Notes: generated by a model not told the origin, from the sequence alone. Positions 11,501 through 21,793 are shown, numbered from the stretch's first letter. The stretch is 64,000 bases of DNA from Gammaproteobacteria bacterium (GCA_965116795.1 OZ220716.1:192001-256000), one strand, 5' to 3'. Numbers and translations: made by a program.

Positions 11501-11535
11501 CAAAAACGCCCTGACAGGATCACTATCAGGGCGTT
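11501..11535 (-). terminator. Intrinsic terminator for the HU-like gene (possibly bidirectional)
   Basis: AACGCCCTGA / TCAGGGCGTT stem followed by a T-run on the minus strand. Confidence 0.7.
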
Positions 11536-11562
11536 CTATAAGGCCTAGAAAAAATTGGCGTG

Positions 11563-12021
11563 TTACTTAGCAGCCATTTCTTTTAATTTTTTCAATGGGC
11601 GTACTTTCACAATATTACGCGCAGGCTTGGCTTTAAACACAGTTGGCTCACCAGTAAATGGATTGATCCCTTTACGGGCTTTAGTTGCTTTCTTGTGTTG
11701 TACCACAATTTTAGCCAAACCAGGCAAGGTAAATTGACCTGCACCACCTGGCTTAACATGACGATTAATGATATCGCCCAGTGCTTCTAACACAGCACCT
11801 ACGTCTTTTTTGGCAACATCAGTGACTTCAGAGATTTCAGCTAATGTTTGTGACTTAGAAAACGGTGTACGGATTGCAGTTAATCTTTTTTTAACAGCTG
11901 ACTTACGCTTAGCAGGTGTACGCCGACGTGCTGTTGTTTTACGCTTTGCAGTTGCTTTAGCGCGTGTTTTTTTACGCTTTACAGTTGTTTTGCGTTTGGC
12001 GGTCTTCTTTCTCGCTGCCAT
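11563..12021 (-). CDS. HU-family DNA-binding protein with a Lys/Arg-rich, histone H1-like N-terminal tail
   Basis: About 45-aa K/R/A/T tail followed by an HU-type domain (FTLPGL.K, ARKGINPFTGE...KAKPA..VKVRPLKKLK). Confidence 0.88.
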   Translation of the reverse strand: MAARKKTAKRKTTVKRKKTRAKATAKRKTTARRRTPAKRKSAVKKRLTAIRTPFSKSQTLAEISEVTDVAKKDVGAVLEALGDIINRHVKPGGAGQFTLPGLAKIVVQHKKATKARKGINPFTGEPTVFKAKPARNIVKVRPLKKLKEMAAK

Positions 12022-12581
12022 AATTATTTTCCCCCTATTATGGTTGCAATTAACTTTTTACTTCAATTTCCCAAGAAAACACAGGTTATTTTTGCGTTTT
12101 CATTAGCAACCATATCATAAAATACATAAATTGCGAATCTTTTTTTAAATGTTTTAATTCTTAATTCTTATGTCTTATTAAAAACCCCTACTTTTAACCT
12201 TTGAATAACGTTAACTCTATTGGAACTATCAGCTTACTCTATCGTTTACCGCATTTTTGCAGTACTTTTTGTTAGTTGAATATCTCAACCACACTCTTTC
12301 GTGAAACATTTGTAAGAAAATAGCAGTGTTTCACAAATGTAGGGTAAGACACGTTAATAGTAAAATACAGTTTATTACTTAAATAATAGGACTATTACTT
12401 GAAGAAAATTTTGTTGAAATAGTTAAGAAAATTGGATGAACGGTTATGAATAGATTTGCCCTTCTCGAAAACTGTCACCCCATGACTCTCTCTTTTCAGT
12501 AGTGCCTGCAGTGCTTATCCATAGTCCGATACAGTAACGCAATTATCTCTTCTATGGCCGCCATCCCGTATTTCCCTCTTT

Positions 12582-12702
12582 CCGTCATCCCGCGGCTTGA
12601 CCGCGGGATCCAGGGAATCGTGCATATTAATTCTGATATTCACCGTTGTTTTATCTTTGAGCTTTGTTCTCTGGATCCCGCGGTCAAGCCGCGGGATGAC
12701 GG
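12582..12702. repeat. Inverted pair of CGTC-type REP palindromes (REPIN-like)
   Basis: CCGTCATCCCGCGGCTTGACCGCGGGATCCAG (12582-12613) and its exact reverse complement (12671-12702). Confidence 0.92.
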
Positions 12703-12780
12703 CTACGGTGAAGAAGCAATCGCATCACTTATGTAGAGTCCTCAGGAATTTTGGATGAAGAGCCTCACAACTATATACCT

Positions 12781-12810
12781 GTCATTCCTGGACTAAATCC
12801 AAGAATGACG
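12781..12810. repeat. Degenerate single REP-like hairpin
   Basis: GTCATTCCTGGA-ctaaa-TCCAAGAATGAC. Confidence 0.6.
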
Positions 12811-12860
12811 ACACTCTTATATATTCACAATCAACTCAGTGATATATAAAAATATCATGC

Positions 12861-12886
12861 AAAAAAAAAGCCCTCTTGGCGAGGGC
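12861..12886 (-). terminator. Intrinsic terminator of the rplM-rpsI operon
   Basis: GCCCTC/GAGGGC stem followed by 9 T on the minus strand, about 50 bp after the rpsI stop. Confidence 0.8.
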
Positions 12887-12934
12887 AGTATGAAGGAACT
12901 TGTGAGGAAATCTATTTGCTCTAAAGGGGAACTA

Positions 12935-13375
12935 TTATCGTTTCGAGAACTGGGTAGCACGACGTGCTTTGTGTAAACCCACTTTCTTACGCTCAACACA
13001 ACGCGCATCACGAGTCACCAATTTCAATTTACGTAAAATTCGACGCCATGCAGTTGGCTCACTGCCATCACTACCATCACGTTCATCAAATGCGATCAAT
13101 GCCCGGGTTATGCCATGGCGTACTGCACCAGCTTGACCAGTTAAACCACCACCGGCGACAGTGACAGCAATATCGAATTGATCGAGCACATTAACCGCTT
13201 CTAATGGTTGGCGTACAATCATACGCGCACTTTCACGCCCACCAAAATAGTCTTGTAGGCTACGCTTATTAATCGTGAAGTTACCACTGCCTTTGCGAAT
13301 CAACACACGAGCAACGGATGATTTGCGTCGCCCTGTCCCACGAAAGTAATCGGTTTGTTTTGCTGCTGTTGCCAT
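12935..13375 (-). CDS. rpsI: 30S ribosomal protein S9
   Basis: [49 protein letters not shown]. Confidence 0.98.
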   Translation of the reverse strand: MATAAKQTDYFRGTGRRKSSVARVLIRKGSGNFTINKRSLQDYFGGRESARMIVRQPLEAVNVLDQFDIAVTVAGGGLTGQAGAVRHGITRALIAFDERDGSDGSEPTAWRRILRKLKLVTRDARCVERKKVGLHKARRATQFSKR

Positions 13376-13407
13376 TGATTTACTGTACCTATATTGAATT
13401 CTATCTA

Positions 13408-13863
13408 TTAACTGGCTGTATCACGTCCACTGATTTCTAATACTGTTGGTTGTTGGGCATGATGACCATGCTCACTGCCAGCATACACCTTTAACTTACG
13501 AAACATTGCTCGGCCTAATGGATTCTTGGGTAACATGCCTTTTACTGCCATTTCAAATGCACGAGTTGGGTGGGTTACCAATAACTTAGCCAGTGATGTT
13601 TGTTTAATCCCACCTGGGTAGCCAGTGTGACGATAATAAATCTTATCTGTCATTTTGCGCCCCGTTGTACGGATTTTTTCAGCATTGATGACCACGATAT
13701 AGTCACCTGTATCCACGTGTGGGGTAAATTCAGGCTTATGCTTACCGCGCAAACGCTTAGCCACTTCGGCAGCAAGACGCCCCAGTGTTTTGCCAGCAGC
13801 ATCAACAACATACCAATCACGACTCACGGTCTGCGCCGTCGCATTAAATGTTTTCATATTCAT
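13408..13863 (-). CDS. rplM: 50S ribosomal protein L13
   Basis: [37 protein letters not shown]. Confidence 0.98.
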   Translation of the reverse strand: MNMKTFNATAQTVSRDWYVVDAAGKTLGRLAAEVAKRLRGKHKPEFTPHVDTGDYIVVINAEKIRTTGRKMTDKIYYRHTGYPGGIKQTSLAKLLVTHPTRAFEMAVKGMLPKNPLGRAMFRKLKVYAGSEHGHHAQQPTVLEISGRDTAS

Positions 13864-14080
13864 GGTGCTGCTCCCAGCTATTTTGCCAATAATTGATCTA
13901 CTTATATAAGGAGGCGGAATTGTACCTGATGACTATAGGGATGACAAGCAGGCAAGCTATCCCTTGTTTTATAGAGTTGGCCAAACGAAAAGTGGAAAAT
14001 AATCGAACATTATCGGGCATATAGCGCTGCCCTCTCACCGTCTCAGTCAACTCGGGAACACTCTCCAACGTTTCAGGGCA

Positions 14081-14118
14081 CAGAGACTGGTTTGTCTAGA
14101 GCAACAAACTAGTCTCTG
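14081..14118. terminator. Hairpin downstream of the orphan gene (possible terminator)
   Basis: CAGAGACTGGTTTGT / ACAAACTAGTCTCTG stem with one wobble. Confidence 0.45.
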
Positions 14119-14154
14119 AATGTTTGTATCCTCAAAAATGGCGCTTTTCTCTGG

Positions 14155-15768
14155 TTAGCAAAAGCTTGGTATGAGGTCAGTATTCTCTTCTTCGTTGGTT
14201 TTGCTAGGAAACAATACTTCCCTCTCTTCCTCTGTCAGACTATCAGACAAACTCTGTAGTTCTTCTTTAGAAAATTCGTCTTTGTCACAATTAGTAAAGT
14301 CATCAAACTGTCTAATTTCTGCAAACAATTTGTCCATGGATACAAACGCTAGGTGCATTGCCGCACAATCTTCAAGATATGTATCAGTGAGCACTTCATT
14401 CAGCACAGCAAAATAAGGTAGTCTGTCATCAGATTGATTATATTCTTCTAATAATAGTTTGGCTAACCTAATGTCATTTTTTGCAAGAAGAATTAAATTT
14501 ACAGAATACTCTGGATTACTTAATAACCATCCATGATGCTTCTCAACAATAGCAGGTAAATGCTCACTTAATTCAACTAGTGATAATTGACTTTGAGAAT
14601 CAGCAATCAATATTTCTTGTATACACAGCTGATTGTTTAAGAAAGCAGGCACTGTCAGCAAATTATCCAACAGCTTTGCATTGTCAAGATGCAGGCATGC
14701 TTCTTTTCTTAATGCACTACTTTGTGACAACGTAAATGCTGATTCTTTCCCAGTGATAACACCAGCAACAAATGTGGCAAATTTAGGTTTTCGTGCAGCC
14801 ACTGATAATAACACTTGTCTGTCATTTGGTTGATCAAGTAACCATGAGTGGACTTTCACGATATTAGGTAAGTCATCGCTTAAAGCTAATAACATTGAAC
14901 TATGCTTAGCAGATGCTTCAAAGAATTTTTTAACATTTTCCTTATAAGCTTCAGAACCGCACATATCATAGCTAGTATAAGCTGCAGCACCTTGACCTGT
15001 CCAAGAAATTGCATTAGCTAGCGTGTCAGAAACTTCTTCAGAAGTTGTTGATGTGGAAGATGTATCATCACTACTTGTTCCCCACCAACTAGACGTCCAA
15101 CTAGATGATGATGCAGACGAACTTGTTGATGGCATAGCACTGGTAGAATCACTAGACCAATAAGACGATAATCCAGTAAGAGAAGAAACAGCAGATAATC
15201 CACTAGCAGCGATGTCTAGTGTTGCGTGTACAGCATCTGATGCACTTTTAGCAAATCGATTTTCAGTTTTCAATAAAATTTTAGTTAAGGTTCGACCAGA
15301 TTTTTTTAATAAATACAAGAAACCATCGTTTAACGTATTGTTGTCATTAGCTAGGTTGTCACAGATAAAATTAATTGCTGTTTTAGAAAAATCATCATCT
15401 ACTTTTAATAAATCGATAAAGTTAATTTGTAATGCATCGTCTAATTCAGCAAAATCACCTGTTTCTGGGTTCAGTAATACTGCTAAGTGTTCTCTACAAA
15501 ATGCTGTATCTTGCAAGGCAACAGCCAACCCTACTTTATCCTCAGTATTTAATAAGATGCTGCTAGTAATAACGTGTTTAGCTTTGTCTGGGTTTGCGAT
15601 AAGGTAGTCTGCAAACTCCTTAACATCAAAAAAGAATTGGTCTAAATAATTAAGCGATTGTTCACGACGTTGTATTTGGCAAAAAACATCGTATAATTCA
15701 GCTGCTTTTAGTCGAATTTGGGGTATGGAAATAACGTTAGGCGCAGGGCCTGCTAATTGCGTTGGCAT
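14155..15768 (-). CDS. Orphan protein with a Ser-rich tract and acidic C-terminus; candidate Dot/Icm substrate
   Basis: 537-aa ORF, SSSASSSSWTSSWW tract, Glu-rich C-terminal 40 aa. Confidence 0.8.
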   Translation of the reverse strand: MPTQLAGPAPNVISIPQIRLKAAELYDVFCQIQRREQSLNYLDQFFFDVKEFADYLIANPDKAKHVITSSILLNTEDKVGLAVALQDTAFCREHLAVLLNPETGDFAELDDALQINFIDLLKVDDDFSKTAINFICDNLANDNNTLNDGFLYLLKKSGRTLTKILLKTENRFAKSASDAVHATLDIAASGLSAVSSLTGLSSYWSSDSTSAMPSTSSSASSSSWTSSWWGTSSDDTSSTSTTSEEVSDTLANAISWTGQGAAAYTSYDMCGSEAYKENVKKFFEASAKHSSMLLALSDDLPNIVKVHSWLLDQPNDRQVLLSVAARKPKFATFVAGVITGKESAFTLSQSSALRKEACLHLDNAKLLDNLLTVPAFLNNQLCIQEILIADSQSQLSLVELSEHLPAIVEKHHGWLLSNPEYSVNLILLAKNDIRLAKLLLEEYNQSDDRLPYFAVLNEVLTDTYLEDCAAMHLAFVSMDKLFAEIRQFDDFTNCDKDEFSKEELQSLSDSLTEEEREVLFPSKTNEEENTDLIPSFC

Positions 15769-15811
15769 AGTGACCTACCTTGTATTTGTTTTAATATTAA
15801 AAAGAGGGCAA

Positions 15812-15839
15812 ATTATACGCGCTTTACTTACAAATTCAA
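15812..15839 (-). promoter_or_regulatory. Putative sigma70 promoter of the 537-aa orphan
   Basis: Minus strand TTGAAT-N16-TATAAT about 45 bp upstream of the ATG. Confidence 0.5.
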
Positions 15840-16206
15840 CGTATTTCTTTCAAAGCTATCAGCAACTTAATGCTATCCTTTTGAATAAATTAGATTTTTT
15901 TATTAATAGGCATCGTAAAAATTTATTGTGCCAAAGAGTACAAAGTCTAATTTGCTTTGAATAACTAACGTGAATTCGACAACATTATTAGAAATAATTA
16001 CTTGAATAAACTGAGCTAGACGTTGCTTACTCTTTCCTAACAACTCTGTCGCCTTACAGAACTCTAAACCCTTACAGCCGTCTAACCTACAGATTAACTT
16101 CTTTAATAACAAAAAGTTATGAACTTAATGAAACTTTTAGAGATTTTCTGAGTCTTATAGAAGAAATGTTTTATTGTTATTAATTAGCTATATAAAAGGT
16201 AGTATT

Positions 16207-16725
16207 ATGAAACAGGCTTTCCAATTCAGTACTTTATTAATAGGTCTTTCTTTACCCGTTGCAATGTATGCAACTACATGTGACACAAATTGTCTTTCAG
16301 TCGGTGGAATCGCTGAGATGAAAGTAAACGTTGTAGATTTGAAAGCACGAATAAGTAGTAGTGGTTATGGAAGCTGCATGAGCAGTTTCTCTAAAACAAT
16401 AAAGAATTTTACGACAGAAAACGAAGCACAATATATAGTGGCAAACAACCCAACTCATGACAGATACACTTGTTTAGAGATTAATTTTTCTTATGAACAC
16501 GTTGGAGAAAACCAGACAGGTTTAATTAGAGCAGAATTTGCATATCCTGAACGCTATACAGAGTATGTGTGTTCATCAACGGGAGCAAATAGAAGTTGTA
16601 CAACAGAAAAGAAAGTAAGACAGGTAAACAAATGGAAAATAAAGACTCTGTCTAAATCACCAGATAACATTATAGTTACATCAACAGAAAATCAGCAAGG
16701 TATGCATATTACTATTAATAATTAG
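16207..16725 (+). CDS. Putative secreted Cys-containing hypothetical protein
   Basis: MKQAFQFSTLLIGLSLPVAMYA signal-like N-terminus, 6 Cys, AT-rich; start reassigned to ATG 16207. Confidence 0.7.
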   Translation: MKQAFQFSTLLIGLSLPVAMYATTCDTNCLSVGGIAEMKVNVVDLKARISSSGYGSCMSSFSKTIKNFTTENEAQYIVANNPTHDRYTCLEINFSYEHVGENQTGLIRAEFAYPERYTEYVCSSTGANRSCTTEKKVRQVNKWKIKTLSKSPDNIIVTSTENQQGMHITINN

Positions 16726-16778
16726 AGACTGGGATCTGTAAAACAGATTATGTCAATGACAAAAATCAGGTGACCAAT

Positions 16779-17420
16779 TTAGGGCTTCAATGCAGGTTTA
16801 AATTCCATCCCCACATTCGGCGTCAGTTTATTCGCCCAATACAGGACTACTTTATCTTCCGATGTGGGTTCAAATCCTGTTAACTGTTTACCAAAACGCA
16901 TTGCAGCAACCCATGCTGCGCGTTTCATACCGTAAAAACCACCGATAATAGCAACGTTTTTCCAACGATTATACGCCATTTGGACCATCTCATATGCTGT
17001 TGTGATCATTTGCGCTTGCAACGTGCCACGTCCACCTTCGCCACCATCCTCATCGTCATCGCTATCTGCAGCACTTGCAGCAGATTTAGCTGTGGCAGTG
17101 GTTTCACCTAACAACGTATTATACAAACGACGCACTTCGCTGATGGGCAATTCCGTTGATGAGGCACAAATAACATCATTATGATCATGAATAATCCAAC
17201 CACTGCGTGCTTTATGTAATTGCGCTGTGTCGTTGATTAACGGTTTTGGTTTATCTACATTATGCAATTCTAGATAAGGATAACGACTTAATAAATGGTA
17301 AAACTCTTCATGGGTAATATCACGTTCCCAGATCGCTGTCTGATCAGGCATATGCTGTTCACGCAATGCTTTGATTAATTTCGCACGTTCTTGTGGATCA
17401 CCTTGATGCTTATCTGCCAT
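16779..17420 (-). CDS. Hypothetical protein, candidate LvgA-like Dot/Icm adaptor
   Basis: Colinear motifs IHDHNDVICAS, QMITTAYEMVQM, IIGGFYGMKRAAW, LTGFEP resemble Legionella LvgA as I recall it. Confidence 0.6.
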   Translation of the reverse strand: MADKHQGDPQERAKLIKALREQHMPDQTAIWERDITHEEFYHLLSRYPYLELHNVDKPKPLINDTAQLHKARSGWIIHDHNDVICASSTELPISEVRRLYNTLLGETTATAKSAASAADSDDDEDGGEGGRGTLQAQMITTAYEMVQMAYNRWKNVAIIGGFYGMKRAAWVAAMRFGKQLTGFEPTSEDKVVLYWANKLTPNVGMEFKPALKP

Positions 17421-17490
17421 GATTCATGTTCACTGTTATGATGGTTACTTGAATTAGTGTAGCAGAAATCGCTTACAGTCGCGATTTAAT

Positions 17491-18588
17491 TTATTCTATA
17501 TGATGGGCACGTGCCAAATACGCTTCTGATTGCATTTCAATTAAACGCGATTGGGTACGTTGAAAATCAAAGCGTAAGCGTTCACCTTGATATACCTCAG
17601 CAATCGCTGCTGCTGCGGATATTACCAACTTGATATTGTTATCATAAAACACATCAACCATACTGATAAAGTTACGCGCCAAATCATCTTGTTCTGGTTT
17701 ACCATGCATGATGGGGACATCGCTGACAAACACGGTGTGAAACTGTTTAGCCAATTCAACATAATCATATGCCGAACGTGGCACACTGCACAATTCAGTG
17801 CAATCAAACCAGGCAATCGTATGCGTATAGCAATGAGTATTAATTTCACGACCCAAAATGGTTAATGAATTACGATGGATTGCATTTGGGTCAGCAAATG
17901 CCATAAACATGTGTTGTATAGTCTGCTGCGCTTCGATATCCAGTGGATAAAAGTAAACGCCGGCTTGCTTGAGTGTGCGTAAACGATAATCCATCTCACT
18001 GTCTAAGTGAATAACCTGTGTATGTTGCTTGATTGCACTAATTGCGGGTAAAAACAATTCGCGTTGCAAACCATTTTTGTATAAGTCATCAGGATACAAA
18101 TTGGATGTCGCCACCAATGTGATCCCCGCAGCAAATAACGCAGCAAATAAATTCCCTAGCAACATCGCATCGGCGATATCGGCTACATACAATTCATCAA
18201 AACACAGAATGCACTTGGTCTTAGCGATATGGCGTGCCAATTGAATTAACGGATCCGTTTGCCCTTGGCGTACAGTCAATTCAGTATGAATATATTGTAA
18301 GAACCGATGAAAATGGGTGCGATGTTTGGCATGAAACGGTAAGTTATTATAAAAGATATCCATTAAATACGTTTTACCCACTCCAACGCTGCCATATAAA
18401 TACACGCCTGGTACTGGCTGAGGATGACGATGTAGCAAACGCCACCAATACGATCGCCAACACCGCTGACGTTGCACAATATTGGCATGCAGTGTATCTA
18501 ACTGCTGCAATGCATGCGCTTGCGCTGGATCAAACTGCACCCCACCGAGGGTAACATCTTGTTGGTAGTGATCGCTAGGTTTCATCAA
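17491..18588 (-). CDS. zapE: Cell division ATPase ZapE (AFG1 family)
   Basis: GVYLYGSVGVGKTYLMD, RTHFHRF, LCFDEL.V.DIADAM, LYKNGLQR, FQRTQSRLIEMQ. Confidence 0.95.
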   Translation of the reverse strand: MMKPSDHYQQDVTLGGVQFDPAQAHALQQLDTLHANIVQRQRCWRSYWWRLLHRHPQPVPGVYLYGSVGVGKTYLMDIFYNNLPFHAKHRTHFHRFLQYIHTELTVRQGQTDPLIQLARHIAKTKCILCFDELYVADIADAMLLGNLFAALFAAGITLVATSNLYPDDLYKNGLQRELFLPAISAIKQHTQVIHLDSEMDYRLRTLKQAGVYFYPLDIEAQQTIQHMFMAFADPNAIHRNSLTILGREINTHCYTHTIAWFDCTELCSVPRSAYDYVELAKQFHTVFVSDVPIMHGKPEQDDLARNFISMVDVFYDNNIKLVISAAAAIAEVYQGERLRFDFQRTQSRLIEMQSEAYLARAHHIE

Positions 18589-19266
18589 TTAATCCATTGT
18601 TGGCAGTTGTTCAAGCAATGCAGTACGTAGCGTGTCACGTAACATCACTAATTTACTATGAAAGAAATGATCAACGTCTGGCAAATAGCAATAACGTGGC
18701 GGATTATTGGTAATCCCCTGTACCCATGAGGTAACCGCATTAGGATCAATCACTTCATCTGCACCACCTTGTACAACTAACCACGGACACTGATCCGGTG
18801 GCGTTCCATGAAAATAATCGCGATCAACACCAGGTGCAACACATACAATGTAACCAATATCTGTCGATGTTTGTGCTGCTGCGTTTAATACAATCCCCGC
18901 GCCAAACGAAAAACCGAATAACCATAATGCATCCTGCGGACAGACTTGTTTGACCCAAGCGATGATCGCAAGCAGATCATCGACCTCACCGATTGCATTA
19001 GCAAATTGTCCGTCACTATTATCCACGCCTCGATAATTAAAACGAACCGTGCGCACCCCTATATCACGACAACAACGGTGCAATGTAGTCACCACTTTAT
19101 TATGCATCGTCCCTTGCTGTTGTGGATGTGGGTGACAAATAACGGCAGTCACTGGATACAATGGTGTTATTGTCGGTGTTGCCACAATCGCTTCAAGTTT
19201 ACCCACTGCGCCTGGCAATTGTAGTGTTTGTTCACCGTCAGGAAATTGGATTATTTGATTGTTCAT
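18589..19266 (-). CDS. Alpha/beta hydrolase
   Basis: CHPHP..GTMHNKVV, RFNYRGV, GFSFG nucleophile elbow, D..V, HFF. Confidence 0.9.
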   Translation of the reverse strand: MNNQIIQFPDGEQTLQLPGAVGKLEAIVATPTITPLYPVTAVICHPHPQQQGTMHNKVVTTLHRCCRDIGVRTVRFNYRGVDNSDGQFANAIGEVDDLLAIIAWVKQVCPQDALWLFGFSFGAGIVLNAAAQTSTDIGYIVCVAPGVDRDYFHGTPPDQCPWLVVQGGADEVIDPNAVTSWVQGITNNPPRYCYLPDVDHFFHSKLVMLRDTLRTALLEQLPTMD

Positions 19267-19378
19267 ATGGTGTATTTGCCTCGAATACTATTATAGCTTT
19301 GTATGTATTTTTTCGTTTATACTGTTAGTCATCAGTTTACTGACATTCGTATTTTGCCAATCAGTTGAGGAGAACGCC

Positions 19379-19783
19379 ATGCTTAGTGTTGGATTTTCTA
19401 TCGGTCAAGTGACATTATTTGCCTTGATCAGCGCCTGTATCGGGATCATCGCTGGATTGTGGTTATCGCCTGGTGCGCGTCAAGCTCGTCAATTGGCGAT
19501 TAAGCTCGAACAGACTGAAGCCAAGCTTGAGCAATATCAACAACAAGTCACTAATCATTTCGTGACAACGTCACAACACTTTCGTGAATTGACCACTCAA
19601 TATTATCAACTGTTCGAACACTTGCGCACTAGTGCCAATCAATTGTGCTCTGATGAACGCATCCAATCACAGTTGGCCGCAATACGCATGCCCAGTAAAT
19701 CATTACTGGATGCCGAAATTCACGACATCAACATCCCAACAGATTATTCATCTAAGAAACAAGTAGAAATAGAGCCGGCATAG
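19379..19783 (+). CDS. zapG: ZapG/YhcB (DUF1043) family membrane-anchored coiled-coil protein
   Basis: N-terminal TM, LEQYQQQVTNHF..T, YQLFEHL, P.DYS; divergent from zapE; GAGGAG RBS before ATG 19379. Confidence 0.8.
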   Translation: MLSVGFSIGQVTLFALISACIGIIAGLWLSPGARQARQLAIKLEQTEAKLEQYQQQVTNHFVTTSQHFRELTTQYYQLFEHLRTSANQLCSDERIQSQLAAIRMPSKSLLDAEIHDINIPTDYSSKKQVEIEPA

Positions 19784-19816
19784 TCGGTACTACGATTATC
19801 TTTGATAAAGTAATGT

Positions 19817-20614
19817 TTACGCTTTACTATGTTTAACCTTAGCAAACGCGCGTGAACTAGAGTAGTTCTTTTGCAGTAATTTGTAAGCGGCACTGGCTTC
19901 ATCTACTCTATCAAGCTTATGATAAGCTATCACCAATATCGCTAAACCATCTGCAACACTGGGTGCGCCTTGATAGTGTTGCACTAAATTATTAGCACGA
20001 TTAATAGCCGCAAGATATGCATCGCGTTTCATGTAAAACTGTGCAACATGTAATTGATGTCTTGCTAACAAATCACGTAAGTGGATCATGCGTTGTCGTG
20101 CATCTTGATCATAGGGACTTTTAGGGTAAAGACGCACTAGCGTTGCAAAATCTTGATAGGCTTTTTCAGACGCTTCTAAATCGCGTTCAGATAAGTCCAA
20201 GTGTAAATAGCGCTGGATAATGTTACGGTCTTGTTCGAAATAAGATAACCCACGTAGATAGTACACATAATCATTACCTTTTCTGGTTGGGTATAAATGC
20301 AAATAACGATCAGCAGCGGCTTGTGCTGAGGCAAACTCACGATCTTTATAATATGCATAGATCAATTGTAACTGACCCTGCTTAACATATGATCCAAATG
20401 GGTATTGAGTTTGCAGTGCTTCAAAATATTTAATTGCACTATCCCAATTTTCCTGTGCTAACTGCTGTTCACCATTAGTAAATAACTGCTGCTCAGACAT
20501 GGCTTGCAGTTTTTTATCTACCTTTGATTCAAAACCAGAACACCCAGTGAATGTTACTGTACATAAAACGATACATAATACTGCTTTTAGCGATCGTGCC
20601 ATTATCACTGCCAT
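19817..20614 (-). CDS. bamD: Outer membrane protein assembly factor BamD
   Basis: Lipobox FTGC, YPFG.Y..Q.QL.LIYAYY, DYVYYLRGL, TPR-like pattern; divergent from rluD. Confidence 0.95.
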   Translation of the reverse strand: MAVIMARSLKAVLCIVLCTVTFTGCSGFESKVDKKLQAMSEQQLFTNGEQQLAQENWDSAIKYFEALQTQYPFGSYVKQGQLQLIYAYYKDREFASAQAAADRYLHLYPTRKGNDYVYYLRGLSYFEQDRNIIQRYLHLDLSERDLEASEKAYQDFATLVRLYPKSPYDQDARQRMIHLRDLLARHQLHVAQFYMKRDAYLAAINRANNLVQHYQGAPSVADGLAILVIAYHKLDRVDEASAAYKLLQKNYSSSRAFAKVKHSKA

Positions 20615-20822
20615 TTAAAACCCCGTTAATTCACATTATGTATTCTACTTAACAGTAGATACGTAGTGCACGGCAGTATACACTATCGATGGCTAACCCA
20701 CATAGTCGTGTTGTCACTTATGTATTAGGTGGCATACTGTATAATTTTTTGCTTTTGATTGGCATTTGAGCATTGTCTTTATCATCAAGAACCCGTAACG
20801 TATTGAAATCAACCCTTAGCAT

Positions 20823-21791
20823 GTGAACATGATGCAACAACCCATTCAACAACACTTCGTAATCCCCGCCGAATTAGCTGGCTATCGTTTAGATCAAGCA
20901 CTTGCCAAACTGTGTCAACAGTATTCGCGTGCGCGCTTACAAACCTGGTTAAAACAAGGCATGATCACCGTCGATGGTCAACTTTATCCTGGCAAACACA
21001 AACTACACGGTGGAGAAATCATTGATATCAACGCCACACTCACCCTAGAAACACCTTGGCAAGCACAAGCATTGCCACTTGATATCATTTATGAAGATGC
21101 TGATCTATTGATATTGAACAAAGCAGCTGACTGTGTTGTACACCCTGCTGCTGGCAATCCTGATGGCACATTGGTTAATGCCTTACTTCACCATGCACCT
21201 GCATTAGCAAAGTTGCCACGTGCCGGTTTAATTCACCGTTTAGACAAAGATACAACGGGGTTATTAGTAGTTGCCAAAACATTGGAAGCACATCATTGGT
21301 TAGTTGATCAATTACAACAACGTTTGATCACACGTGAATATCTGGCACTGATACACGGACAAGTTATCGCTGGCGGCACTATCAACGCACCGATCGGCCG
21401 TCACCCAACTCAACGTACTAAAATGGCGGTAGTAACTAACGGTAAACCAGCAACTACCCATTACCGTGTATTAAAACGCTTTGCGCAGCACACATTGTTA
21501 ACTGTCACATTGGAAACAGGACGTACTCATCAAATTCGTGTGCATTTAGCTCAACAACGTTATCCCATCGTCGGTGATCCGATTTACGGAACACGTGCTG
21601 TATTACCCGCTAATGCCCGCACTGAATTACAACAGGCGTTATCTCAATTTAAACGTCAAGCGTTACATGCACACCGCTTAAGTCTAGAGCATCCAACGCA
21701 ACACCAAACCATGACTTGGACATGTCCACCACCAGCAGATCTACAGCACTTGCTTGATGTATTAGAACAACAACACGAGAAGGATCACTAA
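20823..21791 (+). CDS. rluD: 23S rRNA pseudouridine synthase RluD
   Basis: S4 domain RLDQAL, HRLDKDTTGL, LETGRTHQIRVH, QALHA. Confidence 0.96.
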   Translation: MNMMQQPIQQHFVIPAELAGYRLDQALAKLCQQYSRARLQTWLKQGMITVDGQLYPGKHKLHGGEIIDINATLTLETPWQAQALPLDIIYEDADLLILNKAADCVVHPAAGNPDGTLVNALLHHAPALAKLPRAGLIHRLDKDTTGLLVVAKTLEAHHWLVDQLQQRLITREYLALIHGQVIAGGTINAPIGRHPTQRTKMAVVTNGKPATTHYRVLKRFAQHTLLTVTLETGRTHQIRVHLAQQRYPIVGDPIYGTRAVLPANARTELQQALSQFKRQALHAHRLSLEHPTQHQTMTWTCPPPADLQHLLDVLEQQHEKDH

Positions 21792-21793
21792 CT

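Noticed and set aside
12554-12736. 60-aa ORF (VIPRLDRGIQ...LDPAVKPRDDG)
   Set aside because: Translation of the REP pair, a classic spurious ORF
15903-16112. 69-aa ORF in the AT-rich islet
   Set aside because: TTG start, no motif; cannot be supported as a gene or pseudogene
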